From an uncultured Methanosarcinales archaeon (GTDB lineage: Archaea > Nanobdellota > Nanobdellia > Woesearchaeales > CAZYIM01), in contig CAZYIM010000002.1 in NCBI GenBank assembly GCA_964647565.1, positions 16,235 to 80,234 on the forward strand: a stretch of 64,000 nt of DNA, read 5' to 3'. The notes below the pieces were generated by a model. That model worked only from the letters and a program-made list of their open reading frames with translations, ran no database searches and was not told the origin of the DNA. This document shows, piece by piece, positions 29,712 to 39,895 of this stretch (its first letter is position 1; every line of letters begins with the position of its first letter). The translations under genes were made by a program, and so were the position numbers.

Positions 29712-29878
29712 TCTATACCTACTATTGATATTCTAATATATAAATCTTTCTATTTTTACCACTTTCGAGTTGTAAAAACTTGAAAGTTGAGGTGGGGGGT
29801 GTAGTGCTCTGACAGACTTTTCAGTAGTCATATTACTATAAAAAACCTTTATAAATGTGTAATTGTTCTTCTCTTTTC

Positions 29879-30910
29879 ATGATCCGAATTGACGGTTCCC
29901 ATGGCGAGGGTGGTGGAGCGATTGTTAGGCAGGCTCTGGCGCTTAGTACGCTTACTGGCAAGGCATTTGAGGTAGTCAATATCAGGAAGGGCAGGAGCCA
30001 GCCTGGTCTAAAGGCCCAGCATCTTCATTCTATCAAGGCTCTTGTGGAGCTGACTGGTGCTGAGGTGAAAGGGGATGTCTTAGGCAATGAATGGCTACAT
30101 TTTAAACCAGGAAAGGTCAAGAGCAAGGTCATAAAGGTGGATGTTGGCACTGCAGGCTCTATCACATTGTTATTGCAGTCCTTGCTATTGCCGTGCATAT
30201 TTTCTGGAAAAAAGGTTCATTTTGAGATCACTGGTGGTACAGATGTAAAGTGGAGCCAACCGATTGATTATTTTGCTAATGTGCTACTGCCTTATCTGAA
30301 ACCTTTTGCTGATTTTGACCTTAAGATAATGAAGAGAGGATACTATCCTAAGGGCGGCGGGCAGATATCTTTGATGATAACTGGCAAAAAGAGGCTGGAT
30401 GAGTGCAAGGCTGTAAATCATACTACCAGGGGCAAGATATTGCATCTTAAAGGTGTCTGCCATGGATCAATTGAGCTGGAATCTGCTAATGTGGTGCAGA
30501 GGATGTCAAGTTCAGCTGAGCTTTTATTATTGAAGTATGGCAAGGTGAACATCCAGCAGCAATACTGCAAGAGCCTTTCTGTTGGTACTGGCATAACTGT
30601 CTGGGCCATTCTTGGAGATGGCTATTATGAGCATTTCTCGATATTAGGTGCTGACTGCCTTGGAGAGAAGGGAGTGCAGGCAGAGAAGGTTGGTGAGATG
30701 GCTGCTCATGCTTTAATTAAGGAGATAGAATCACAGGCTCCGGTTGATCACTTCCTTGCAGACCAGTTGGTTCCCTTGCTTGGTTTGTTGGGCGGGCAGA
30801 TGATCACTTCAGAGATCACAGATCACACCAAGTCTAATATCTATGTCACAGAGCAGTTTCTAGACGTAAAGTTTATAACTGAGGGCAACAGAATCAAAGT
30901 GGAGAAGTAA
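29879..30910 (+). CDS. rtcA: RNA 3'-terminal phosphate cyclase
   Basis: IDGSHGEGGG, RSQPGLKAQH, GGTDV, RGYYPKGGG, DHFLADQL, catalytic His in ITDHT. Confidence 0.95.
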   Translation: MIRIDGSHGEGGGAIVRQALALSTLTGKAFEVVNIRKGRSQPGLKAQHLHSIKALVELTGAEVKGDVLGNEWLHFKPGKVKSKVIKVDVGTAGSITLLLQSLLLPCIFSGKKVHFEITGGTDVKWSQPIDYFANVLLPYLKPFADFDLKIMKRGYYPKGGGQISLMITGKKRLDECKAVNHTTRGKILHLKGVCHGSIELESANVVQRMSSSAELLLLKYGKVNIQQQYCKSLSVGTGITVWAILGDGYYEHFSILGADCLGEKGVQAEKVGEMAAHALIKEIESQAPVDHFLADQLVPLLGLLGGQMITSEITDHTKSNIYVTEQFLDVKFITEGNRIKVEK

Positions 30911-30914
30911 TAAC

Positions 30915-32864
30915 ATGCAATTTCAAGGCTTTACATTAGATAAGTTCCAGGAAGATGCTGTGGCTGCTGTCAACAGGAACCATTCTGTTGTTGTTTCTGC
31001 GCCAACAGGTTCCGGAAAGACTCTGATTGCAGATTATATCATCGATAAGTTTCTGCAGTCTGATACCAGGGTTATCTATACTGCACCCATCAAGGCCCTT
31101 TCAAACCAGAAATATCATGATTTCTGCAAGGATTATGGTGAGGATAAGATAGGTCTGATTACAGGTGATATTGTGATCAATCCAAATGCCCAGGTAGTCA
31201 TAATGACCACAGAGGTCTACCGGAACATGGCTATTATTGATGATCCTATGCTGGACCAGGTCTCTTATTGTATCATGGATGAGATACACTTCATAAATGA
31301 TGAGGAAAGAGGTCATGTCTGGGAAGAGTCGATAATGTTCAGCGGTGAGAATGTCCGTTTCCTTTTTCTATCTGCTACAATACCTAATGCAGAGGAGTTT
31401 GCAGCGTGGGTCGGCAAGATCAAGCAGCACGAGGTAGAAGTCATCAGATGGGATATTCGGCCGGTTCCACTTAAGATAAGGTTCTTTGATGCAGAACTGG
31501 GCATAACAACTTTGGAGAAACTTAACAAGAAACGTGAGGATGATGATATTCCACAATACAAGAACATGTACTCGAGGCATAGGCATGTCCAAAAACAGAA
31601 GATACCACCTCCTAATTATCAGGATCTTGTCAGGGAGATAAAGGGCCAGGACCAGATGCCCTGCATATTCTTTGTCTTTTCAAGGGCCAAAACCCAGGAA
31701 TATGCACTTAAACTTTCTAAAAAAAAGAGTTTCTTAAGCCAGAATGAATACAGGAAGATGGCAGAGATCACAAGTACTGAGTATGCAAACTTAAGCAGCC
31801 AGGTGTCTGCGCTCAAATCAACCCATCAGCTAAGGCAGTGTATATCAAATGGTGTTGCGTTTCATCATGCAGGATTATTGCCTGATGTCAAGCACATAAT
31901 AGAGAAACTCTTTGCCGTGGGCCTGATAAAGGTTCTATTTGCTACCGAGACATTTGCTGTGGGCATAAACATGCCTGCCAGATGTGTCTGCTTTGATGGT
32001 CTAAGGAAATTTACTGGTGTTGGATTTCGTTATCTTACATCCAAGGAGTTCTTCCAGATGTCTGGTCGGGCTGGCAGGAGAGGTATTGACAAAGAAGGCC
32101 TTGCTGTTGCTATGGTACACAGGACCCGGGAAGACATAAAGAAGATAGATGCTTTTACAAAAAAGGATATGCTGCCTCTCAAGTCTCAATTCAAGCTTAC
32201 ATATAATACCATCCTGAACATGGTCAATATGCATTCAGCTGAGGAGATAACTAAGATACTTAGGATGAACTATTTCACATACCAGGCAACCAAGGACCGG
32301 GGTGATAACAGGGTCTTAGGCGCTATTAAAGCCAGGTATACAAAGGCTGTTAGGATTCTTACCCAGATGGGCTATATCAAGGATGACAAGCTTACTGAAC
32401 TTGGATTGTTCACCACCAAGATATTCTCAAATGAGCTTGAAGTCTCACAATTGTTCGGCACTAAGTTCGACTATCCTATTGATGAATATTTTATGATTCT
32501 TGTCTTGGGTGCTTTGATCTACGAGCCTAAAAGAGGTGTTCGTTTCTACGAGAAATTCACCTCGAAGCAGCTATTTAAGTTCATATCAGTCATAAAGCAT
32601 CATAACTATCTTAGGAAAGGTAAATGGTCTGATAATATTGAGAAGGTGACTGCATTGATCTATCCCTTGTTCCAGCAGAAGAAGTTCATTGACATACTGA
32701 AGAACACTAACATGCTTGAAGGTGATGTCATAAGATTCTTCATGCAGATAATGGACAAGCTTGAACAGATAGACAGGGCTTCTGAGGATTTTGAGCTTAC
32801 TGAAAGAGTGAGGAATGCCAAGCAGACCATAAGGGCTGCTTTGGAAGGAATACATATCTTTTGA
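30915..32864 (+). CDS. Ski2/Mtr4/HelY-like DExH RNA helicase
   Basis: APTGSGKT, APIKALSNQKY, DEIH, SAT, HHAG, ATETFAVGINMPA, QMSGRAGRRG, C-terminal EGD (DSHCT-like). Confidence 0.93.
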   Translation: MQFQGFTLDKFQEDAVAAVNRNHSVVVSAPTGSGKTLIADYIIDKFLQSDTRVIYTAPIKALSNQKYHDFCKDYGEDKIGLITGDIVINPNAQVVIMTTEVYRNMAIIDDPMLDQVSYCIMDEIHFINDEERGHVWEESIMFSGENVRFLFLSATIPNAEEFAAWVGKIKQHEVEVIRWDIRPVPLKIRFFDAELGITTLEKLNKKREDDDIPQYKNMYSRHRHVQKQKIPPPNYQDLVREIKGQDQMPCIFFVFSRAKTQEYALKLSKKKSFLSQNEYRKMAEITSTEYANLSSQVSALKSTHQLRQCISNGVAFHHAGLLPDVKHIIEKLFAVGLIKVLFATETFAVGINMPARCVCFDGLRKFTGVGFRYLTSKEFFQMSGRAGRRGIDKEGLAVAMVHRTREDIKKIDAFTKKDMLPLKSQFKLTYNTILNMVNMHSAEEITKILRMNYFTYQATKDRGDNRVLGAIKARYTKAVRILTQMGYIKDDKLTELGLFTTKIFSNELEVSQLFGTKFDYPIDEYFMILVLGALIYEPKRGVRFYEKFTSKQLFKFISVIKHHNYLRKGKWSDNIEKVTALIYPLFQQKKFIDILKNTNMLEGDVIRFFMQIMDKLEQIDRASEDFELTERVRNAKQTIRAALEGIHIF

Positions 32865-32866
32865 AA

Positions 32867-33301
32867 ATGTCAGAAAAACCTAAATTAGGCAAATCTTCAA
32901 ATGGGAAGGAGATGCATTATTCTGCAGGCGCTATACTAAAAAAGGATGGTAAATATTTGCTTGTTGACAGGCTCAACCCTCCATTGGGCTTTGCAGGCCT
33001 TGCAGGCCATATCGAAGATGGTGAGACTCCTGAGCAGGCTCTTTTTCGGGAAGTGAAAGAGGAGAGCAATCTGGATGTCAAGAGCTACAAGCTTCTTTTT
33101 GTGCAGGAGATTGATGGCAATGTCTGCAGCAGGGGAGTTCCTGTACATTATTGGTATTTCTATGAGTGTGAGGTTGAAGGGGAGATAAGATTTAATTCTG
33201 ACGAATCCAAGTCAATTGATTGGTATTCCAAAGACGAGCTTTTGAAGCTAAATCTGGAGCCTATTTGGGCATTTTGGTTCAAGAAACTAGGCATATTATA
33301 G
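32867..33301 (+). CDS. Nudix hydrolase
   Basis: AGHIEDGETPEQALFREVKEESNL. Confidence 0.9.
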   Translation: MSEKPKLGKSSNGKEMHYSAGAILKKDGKYLLVDRLNPPLGFAGLAGHIEDGETPEQALFREVKEESNLDVKSYKLLFVQEIDGNVCSRGVPVHYWYFYECEVEGEIRFNSDESKSIDWYSKDELLKLNLEPIWAFWFKKLGIL

Positions 33302-33316
33302 TAATTCTCCATTAGG

Positions 33317-33459
33317 GACTCTGTTCTGAACAGGGGATTTATCCCGCCTAGCGTAGTCAAGTGTTCAGGATCTGATTAAAATAGAATCGGTTTGCAGTCG
33401 ATAACATGAGGAGTGCAAAGCGCGGGAAAATTCTCTGCGTAAGCATTCTGGACAGAGCC
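33317..33459. mobile_element. 143-bp MITE-like element with 14-bp imperfect TIRs and 8-bp target-site duplication
   Basis: CCATTAGG at 33309-33316 and 33460-33467. Ends GACTCTGTTCTGAA / TTCTGGACAGAGCC match at 11 of 14 positions. Internal hairpins. Confidence 0.7.
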
Positions 33460-33525
33460 CCATTAGGAAAACATTTTTAAATAATATTTATCTCGTTATT
33501 TTAACATTTTGAGGGGTGATATTAT

Positions 33526-33744
33526 ATGAAAAAAGAAGTTCTAGAAAAGCTTGCAGCTCTTTTAACAGCTGCGTTTGGACTTGTTGCTGCTCTGGCTTGG
33601 AATGGTGCGATAAAGGCTATCTTTATTGAGCTATTCGGCACAGCAGATACAATTCTTGGAATGCTTATCTATGCTGTTGTTGTTACTATAATCGCTGTTT
33701 TAGTGGTTATCCAGATCGGCAAAGCAACCGGAGAAGCAAAATAG
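33526..33744 (+). CDS. DUF5654-family small membrane protein
   Basis: AAFGLVAALAWNGAIK...YAVVVTIIAV. Confidence 0.8.
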   Translation: MKKEVLEKLAALLTAAFGLVAALAWNGAIKAIFIELFGTADTILGMLIYAVVVTIIAVLVVIQIGKATGEAK

Positions 33745-33770
33745 ACTTTTTTTATTTTTTTTTTAATTTC

Positions 33771-36044
33771 TTATGCTAATCCTTTTGCAATTATAGCTAA
33801 ATTGATATCATCATAGAGTTCTCGAATGGCATTGTATATGTTAGCCTTTTCAGCACCTTCGAGCTCGCTGATCACAAAGAGCTGTTTCATATCCAAATAC
33901 ATGGCCTTTGCATCCTCGATCTTGCCGTTTTCAAGCAGGTCTCTACAAAGCCGGACCATCTCCTCAAACTTGGAATGCTTGTCCTTGGGCAGGTGAGCCT
34001 TGTCAAGAGGAACATCCTTATGAGGGCTAAGTTGTTTGAGCTTTTCATTGAGATAAACTTCGAAACCCTTTTCCTCAATAGCCTCTTTCTTCTTCTCTAG
34101 TTTTTTCTCTGCAGATGCCATTTTCCTGGCTATTCTCTTAGATTCCGCGTAGTCGTGGCTTACTTGTTTCTTCCTTTCTTCAAATTTCGTAAGCTTTTCT
34201 TCGTACTTATTCTCATCTCTCTCGAGCTTATGTTGATCGATCAATAGTTGTTTAGCCTGTTTCTCAAGCGCTTTCTCCCTTTCCTTTAAGAGAACATATC
34301 TTCTTTTTACATCAGTTTCCAGATCCATTACTTCAGTACCTACCTTTGAGAGCATCTTTTCATCATGCTTGACCTCTTTTTCAAGGGCACGCTCAGCTTC
34401 AAGTCTAAGTGATAGCTTTTTTGACAATCTGGTGAATTCTGCCTTCTTCCTACCTGCTTCCTTCACCTTTTGGTCACAAACAAGCTTTAATTTATCTGCC
34501 TCTTCTTTCATGGCCTTTATGGTTTCAGCCTGTTTGAGTAGTTTGCTTGCAGCCTTTTTGTCTTTATTGAAGGTGGCTAGCTCTTCATCATATTGTGCCT
34601 TTAGTTGATCATACTCAGCGATCTTCTTGTCCCTGAGCGCAGTTTTCCTGGCAAGTAGCTCTTTTTGATTGGCCAATTTTATAGCGAGTTCCTTCTTAAC
34701 CTTTTCATTTATTGTTATGTTTAACCTCTTATTCCTCTTGACCAGTTCCTTCATCTTCTTATTGAATCGAAGTGTAAGTTCCTTGAATTTTTTATTGTAT
34801 CTTGCATTGAGTTCCTTATTCTTTTTCGCATATTTGGCTCTAACATTCTTATTGACGACATTATCGAATTTTTTCCTCTCAAGAGCCAGCTTGTTCTCAC
34901 CTTGAGTAAGAGCTCTCTTTTTCTTGGCCAACTCCCTTTTGAGCTTCTGGATATCATCTAATGCAACCTCCAGATCCCTTTCGACATTAGGATCAAAAGG
35001 CATATCGTATGATTCGTTTAAGACCTTTTTTATATCCTCAGAATAATCCTTAGGAATAAGATCCTGGACAGCTACATCAGGTTTAGGAGGTTCAGGTATC
35101 TCGTGTTCTTTAATTGGTGGTGGAGGCAAATCAATTTTTTTAGGTTTTATTGCCTTTTTGAGTTTGTGTAATACACCTTTTTTCTCAGGTTCTGGTGGTG
35201 GAGGCGGAGGAGGCATAGGCATATTGGATTGAGGTTCTGGGGGTTCACTGATTGTTTCTCCTGTAGCATCAAAAAGTTCATTTTGCAGGTCGGATTTCTC
35301 TTTTTCCAAGTCATCAAAATGTTCTTCTGGAGCTTTTTCCTTTTCTTCTGCCACCTTTACTTCTTCCTTATGATTAAAATCAGCCCACCCACTATCTTTA
35401 TTGGATGAGGTCGTATCTGCTTCAATCCAAACATTCTTTTTTGAGGTTTTTTTCTTTCCTTTGGTTTTTGTTTTAGCTTTTTTGACCTCTTTTTTCTTTT
35501 CAATAGGTTTAGCTTGCGCAATTGACTGTTGGCTGAAATCATCTGCAGGTTCAGAGAAATCTATATCCTCTGCCATAGGAGCTGGTTCTTCTGGTAAAGG
35601 AGGTTCTTTAGTATCTGGAACATCAGATTTTTCTTCTTCAGGCTTAAAATCCTGATCCTTATCAGGCAGTCTCCTGAATTCGTCAAAACCAGTGAATACA
35701 TCATCCATTGAATCTGGCAATACAGTATCCTTTGAGGGGTCCTTAGGTTCGTCTGCTATTGAATCAAGGATAGAATCATCTATCGGTTCTTTAGGCTGTT
35801 TGCTCTCTTCCTCTATGGGGATGTCAAGTTTTGCTCTAAGTTCTGCCAAGTCAGGATCTATTGGTGGTCCTATATCCTTCTCAGCCTTAGAAACCGCTTC
35901 GCTTTTCTTCTCTTTTTTACTAAAAAGCTTAGAAAATATACTTTTTTTGTCCTCTTCTTTTTTCTTTAATTGTTCACCTAATGATTCACCCGCACTTATT
36001 TGTGGTGGCGTAGGTGGCAAAATACCCTCGTCAACCATCGTCAC
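33771..36044 (-). CDS. Pro/acidic-rich and coiled-coil hypothetical protein
   Basis: 757 aa: polyproline tracts, long K/E coiled coil, C-terminal helical bundle. GGGGGAG SD. Confidence 0.75.
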   Translation of the reverse strand: MTMVDEGILPPTPPQISAGESLGEQLKKKEEDKKSIFSKLFSKKEKKSEAVSKAEKDIGPPIDPDLAELRAKLDIPIEEESKQPKEPIDDSILDSIADEPKDPSKDTVLPDSMDDVFTGFDEFRRLPDKDQDFKPEEEKSDVPDTKEPPLPEEPAPMAEDIDFSEPADDFSQQSIAQAKPIEKKKEVKKAKTKTKGKKKTSKKNVWIEADTTSSNKDSGWADFNHKEEVKVAEEKEKAPEEHFDDLEKEKSDLQNELFDATGETISEPPEPQSNMPMPPPPPPPEPEKKGVLHKLKKAIKPKKIDLPPPPIKEHEIPEPPKPDVAVQDLIPKDYSEDIKKVLNESYDMPFDPNVERDLEVALDDIQKLKRELAKKKRALTQGENKLALERKKFDNVVNKNVRAKYAKKNKELNARYNKKFKELTLRFNKKMKELVKRNKRLNITINEKVKKELAIKLANQKELLARKTALRDKKIAEYDQLKAQYDEELATFNKDKKAASKLLKQAETIKAMKEEADKLKLVCDQKVKEAGRKKAEFTRLSKKLSLRLEAERALEKEVKHDEKMLSKVGTEVMDLETDVKRRYVLLKEREKALEKQAKQLLIDQHKLERDENKYEEKLTKFEERKKQVSHDYAESKRIARKMASAEKKLEKKKEAIEEKGFEVYLNEKLKQLSPHKDVPLDKAHLPKDKHSKFEEMVRLCRDLLENGKIEDAKAMYLDMKQLFVISELEGAEKANIYNAIRELYDDINLAIIAKGLA

Positions 36045-36168
36045 TCCCCCTTTTTTTCTTTATAATTAAGAATTAGAATGAATTTATATTATCACCTATA
36101 AAAATCTTTTGTTTTTATTATTGTGAACTTTAATAAAATTTATATAATGGTAACTCTATTTCTTAATT

Positions 36169-36531
36169 ATGAAAGGGCCTGTTCTTACTGATCTTCAGAT
36201 TTATTTTGATAGGATAGAGGGAAGAATCTCTGTTTTGGAAGCAGATTCTTTGACCATTGAGAATGAGATGGCAAGCAGGGATGAACGACTTTTGGAGCAT
36301 TATGAAAATACATCTGCTAAACTTAACAGGATTCGTGGGGAAATTGCCAATCTGAACTCAGATATTAAGAACATGATGCATACTATTAAGATTGTGATTG
36401 GTAGCCTGAAGCAGACTGTTAAAAAAGATGTATTTAATGCATTTCAAGAAAAAGTTGATGACTGGAGTCCAGAAACATTTATTTCACGCGAAACCGCCAA
36501 GAGAATGATCAAAGAAGCTAAGAACGATTAA
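36169..36531 (+). CDS. Coiled-coil hypothetical protein
   Basis: 120-aa ORF with heptad pattern. Confidence 0.7.
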   Translation: MKGPVLTDLQIYFDRIEGRISVLEADSLTIENEMASRDERLLEHYENTSAKLNRIRGEIANLNSDIKNMMHTIKIVIGSLKQTVKKDVFNAFQEKVDDWSPETFISRETAKRMIKEAKND

Positions 36532-37407
36532 CTATAAGATCTTTTCTTTCTTTAGGACAGCTTTCAATGATGTTAGTGCAACTTCTATTTGCTTATCATC
36601 TGGCGGATTGGTTGTTAAACTCTGTAGCCAGAGCCCTGGTGCTGCTATTATCCTGAAGAGCAGAAAATGGTGAAATTTACTTGTTAGCTTCATGAATTCG
36701 TACGAGACTCCCATGATTACAGGCAATAATAGGATTCTGAGCAGATATTTCTGCCAAAAGCTGACTGTGAATGGGATGAAGATATAGATGATTATGCTCA
36801 AGACCAATACGCTTAAGATAAAGGTTGTTCCGCACCTTGTGTGTGCTGTAGAATATTTCTTTACGTTTTTCACATTGAGCTCTTTACCTGTTTCAAAACA
36901 ATGGATTGTCTTATGTTCTGCTCCATGATATGCAAATATGCGTTTCATATCTTTAAGTTTGGAGATTATGGCTAGGTAAAGTACGAAGATGGTAGCTTTT
37001 ATGATGCCATCAATCAGATTGTATAGGAGATTGTTCACTCCTAACCCTTTTTTAAAGAGTTCGGCAATACCTAGGGGCAATAGCTTAAACATGACCAAAG
37101 CAAAAAGTACTGCAAGCGCTAATGATATTACGAGCTCCCATGTTGAGAATTTATCATCTGATTCGTCTAAAGCCTGGTTGCTTGACCAGGTAAGTGATTT
37201 TAAGCCTGTGGAGAGCATCTCGATCATTGAGACCACACCTCTTATGAATGGCCATTTGAGCACTGGTTTTTTGGTCCAGGAAACATGTTTTTTTACTGTT
37301 GTAATGATTTTGCCATTGGGTTTTCTAACAGATGTTGCAATGTAATTAGGGCTTTTCATCATAACTCCCTCAATTACAGCTTGGCCGCCAACAAGGATCT
37401 TCTTCAT
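36532..37407 (-). CDS. DUF1385 (YqhQ-like) membrane protein
   Basis: GGQAVIEGVMM, YHGAEHK, HTRCGTTF, PGLWLQSLTT. Confidence 0.92.
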   Translation of the reverse strand: MKKILVGGQAVIEGVMMKSPNYIATSVRKPNGKIITTVKKHVSWTKKPVLKWPFIRGVVSMIEMLSTGLKSLTWSSNQALDESDDKFSTWELVISLALAVLFALVMFKLLPLGIAELFKKGLGVNNLLYNLIDGIIKATIFVLYLAIISKLKDMKRIFAYHGAEHKTIHCFETGKELNVKNVKKYSTAHTRCGTTFILSVLVLSIIIYIFIPFTVSFWQKYLLRILLLPVIMGVSYEFMKLTSKFHHFLLFRIIAAPGLWLQSLTTNPPDDKQIEVALTSLKAVLKKEKIL

Positions 37408-37504
37408 AGCAAAATAATTTTATTATTCTTTTTATAAATTTTGTGGGTATAGAACAAGTATATGTTATGAATGAAAAATAAAAAAAATAAAAAAAGGAAA
37501 AGAT

Positions 37505-37990
37505 TTACGATGCTTTTCCTGCAATGCTTCCAAGGGCTTTGTTGGGTAATCCGTTTTCAAGATTCTTATATAAAACCTGCATCTCTCCCTTGAATCTTCC
37601 TGCTGTAATGCCGTTAGAACAGTTAAAACGTATTGTTACTTTTTCATTGTTGGCAATTGTTACAGGTACAGCAGCTAATGTACAGCCTGCGCCAGCACAT
37701 GCAGCGATTCCGCTTGTTGTACAGTCGTCACCAGTCACATCTTCATAGCCTGTTATGTTTATTGAGGCACCGTTGTTGTTGGTTAATACAACTGATACTG
37801 TGTTTGAGTCTGCTGCTACAGATGCCTTACCTACGCAGTCCATTCCAGAAGGAAATGCACATCTTTCTGGAAGCAGGCTTGCCGTATCTAATACTCCGAA
37901 ATAAGCCAGAGCGCCTATGGCTGCTAATACTACTAGAATAGCCCATCCATAGGTCATAAGAAATTCCATTGCGGCTTGACCTTTTCTCAT
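37505..37990 (-). CDS. Archaeal type IV pilin (candidate major pilin)
   Basis: Class III signal MRKGQAAMEFLMTYGWAILVV; separately transcribed with GAGGTG SD. Confidence 0.88.
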   Translation of the reverse strand: MRKGQAAMEFLMTYGWAILVVLAAIGALAYFGVLDTASLLPERCAFPSGMDCVGKASVAADSNTVSVVLTNNNGASINITGYEDVTGDDCTTSGIAACAGAGCTLAAVPVTIANNEKVTIRFNCSNGITAGRFKGEMQVLYKNLENGLPNKALGSIAGKAS

Positions 37991-38191
37991 ACTTACACCT
38001 CTTTTATTTTTTTATTATTAATATACTTTTTTATATATTAGTTGCCTTTAATATATAAAGCTTTCGGTTTTTATATAATGAAAGTCGAAACTTGGCAGAC
38101 TCTGCTGCGCTACGTCTCTCAGGTTCAATTTTTTAAAAAATTAACTTCGAGGAACGGTTTTTTTGTGAGAAATCTAAGATTTGTCTCTTAC

Positions 38192-39892
38192 TCATAGGAA
38201 AACACTCAATAGGCCTCCAATTAAGGCATTTGAGACAAAGTATAGAAGGACAGTGACAATTATGAAAACAGGGATAAATTTGATGCCCTGCTTGATATTG
38301 CCCTTCTTGATTGTAGCGATTATGCAGGAAGAGAAAAATGAGGTTATTGTCAGTGAAACAATAGCAAATATGGTCAATGATTGTATACTTATAGAATCTC
38401 CTGACATGTTCAGGCTGATCAGGCTACCGCTCGTGGGTAATGTACTCATATCAATACCACCGACAATCTGGGTTATGATAGCTACCAATTGGGTTGCAAG
38501 GCCTAATAAGACAGGCGCACCTACAATAGTTGCAAAACCAATGAAGATTACATAAGTGGTGACATTGGCAGCCATCTCCTTTTTTAGCAACCTGGTTTCT
38601 TGGATGTCTGTCGCGATCTTTGAAAGGAGCTCAGCAAGCTCTCCTCCTGCTTCCAGACCCTCTAATAATATGTTGATAGATCGTTTTAAAACCTTTGAAT
38701 CAAACTTATTAGCAAAATTACGTAGTGCATTCTGCAGGTTCTCTCCTGCAATAGTGGCTTTGGCCACCTCTTGTATCTCAAGGGCCAGTATGCCAAATCG
38801 AGGCCTTACAGCCGCCCACATTGCCTTTTCAATGGTCATGCCTGCGCTGATATTTGCAGATGTTAGCTGGAGGAAATCTGGCAGCACATCTTCAACCTGC
38901 AGTCTTCTGTGGAATATACGAAGGTCTACAACTACATAAATAAATAACCATGTAATGAGCAGTAAAAACACAAATACAAAGGTCCATAAAATAACAATAA
39001 ACAACAATACCTTTAGAACATTAGTGTTATTTAGTCCGAAAATGACTAGGAAGAACGCTGTTGCTGCAAGGCAAAGTATGAGTGCGATCTTGAATGTCTT
39101 GGCCTTAAGGGAGGTTTCATCTGTTTGAGTAAGACCTGCCTTTTGGAAATATTCTTTGACAATCTTCTTTTTCACAGACTTTTTTTGGTGTTTGAGCTCA
39201 TCTTTGGACTTTACAGCTTTTTCTATTTTATACGATTTGTTCTTTCTTAATATAGTTCTGACTCTGATATCAACAAATAAATAAAACAAGCCCCATCCCA
39301 CTAAAAAGATTAATGCAAAGACCAGAGTCCAAAGGAGTCCGATGAATATCAGTAGCTTCATTACCGAATTGTGGGAGATGGCAGAACTTATCAGGGAAAC
39401 TATAGATATGATTAAGCATATTGTTACTGATATCCTGAAAATCAATCTTTGCATAGACTGCTCGTTTAAATGTCTGAGACCTGCTTTCTCAGCATAGTTT
39501 TTGAAAATAAGCTGCTCCTTATGCAAAAGCCGTTCAAACAGGTTTACTGGTTTTTTCAAGGGGAGGTGATGCTTTTCATGCTTTTTTTCTTTTATGGTGG
39601 GAGTTTTTGTTTCGAGTGGTTTCTCTTCTTTTTGTTCTGGTTGGCTTAGTTTTAGCTTCTTTAATCTAAAACTTGGTCTGGAAGGGCGGATTTTAGAGAA
39701 TAATGTGCTTAAATGTTCTTTTATATTAAAGGAAGGTCTTGTCTTTTTTGGTTCTGGAGTTTTTGTATCTGTCTTTGGAACTTTTTGTTTCTGAGGTTTA
39801 GCAGGGCTCTTCTTTTCTGTAACCGCCTGCACATTATCTTCACCCATAATTTTATCATAATCATCCAGCATGTCTTTGATGTCTTTTGTCAT
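38192..39892 (-). CDS. Type IV pilus platform protein (T2SSF/TadC-like) with duplicated N-terminal TM module
   Basis: LPDFLQLTSANISAGMT, FGILALEI, GGELAELL; follows the ATPase and TadB-like genes. Confidence 0.88.
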   Translation of the reverse strand: MTKDIKDMLDDYDKIMGEDNVQAVTEKKSPAKPQKQKVPKTDTKTPEPKKTRPSFNIKEHLSTLFSKIRPSRPSFRLKKLKLSQPEQKEEKPLETKTPTIKEKKHEKHHLPLKKPVNLFERLLHKEQLIFKNYAEKAGLRHLNEQSMQRLIFRISVTICLIISIVSLISSAISHNSVMKLLIFIGLLWTLVFALIFLVGWGLFYLFVDIRVRTILRKNKSYKIEKAVKSKDELKHQKKSVKKKIVKEYFQKAGLTQTDETSLKAKTFKIALILCLAATAFFLVIFGLNNTNVLKVLLFIVILWTFVFVFLLLITWLFIYVVVDLRIFHRRLQVEDVLPDFLQLTSANISAGMTIEKAMWAAVRPRFGILALEIQEVAKATIAGENLQNALRNFANKFDSKVLKRSINILLEGLEAGGELAELLSKIATDIQETRLLKKEMAANVTTYVIFIGFATIVGAPVLLGLATQLVAIITQIVGGIDMSTLPTSGSLISLNMSGDSISIQSLTIFAIVSLTITSFFSSCIIATIKKGNIKQGIKFIPVFIIVTVLLYFVSNALIGGLLSVFL

Positions 39893-39895
39893 TTT

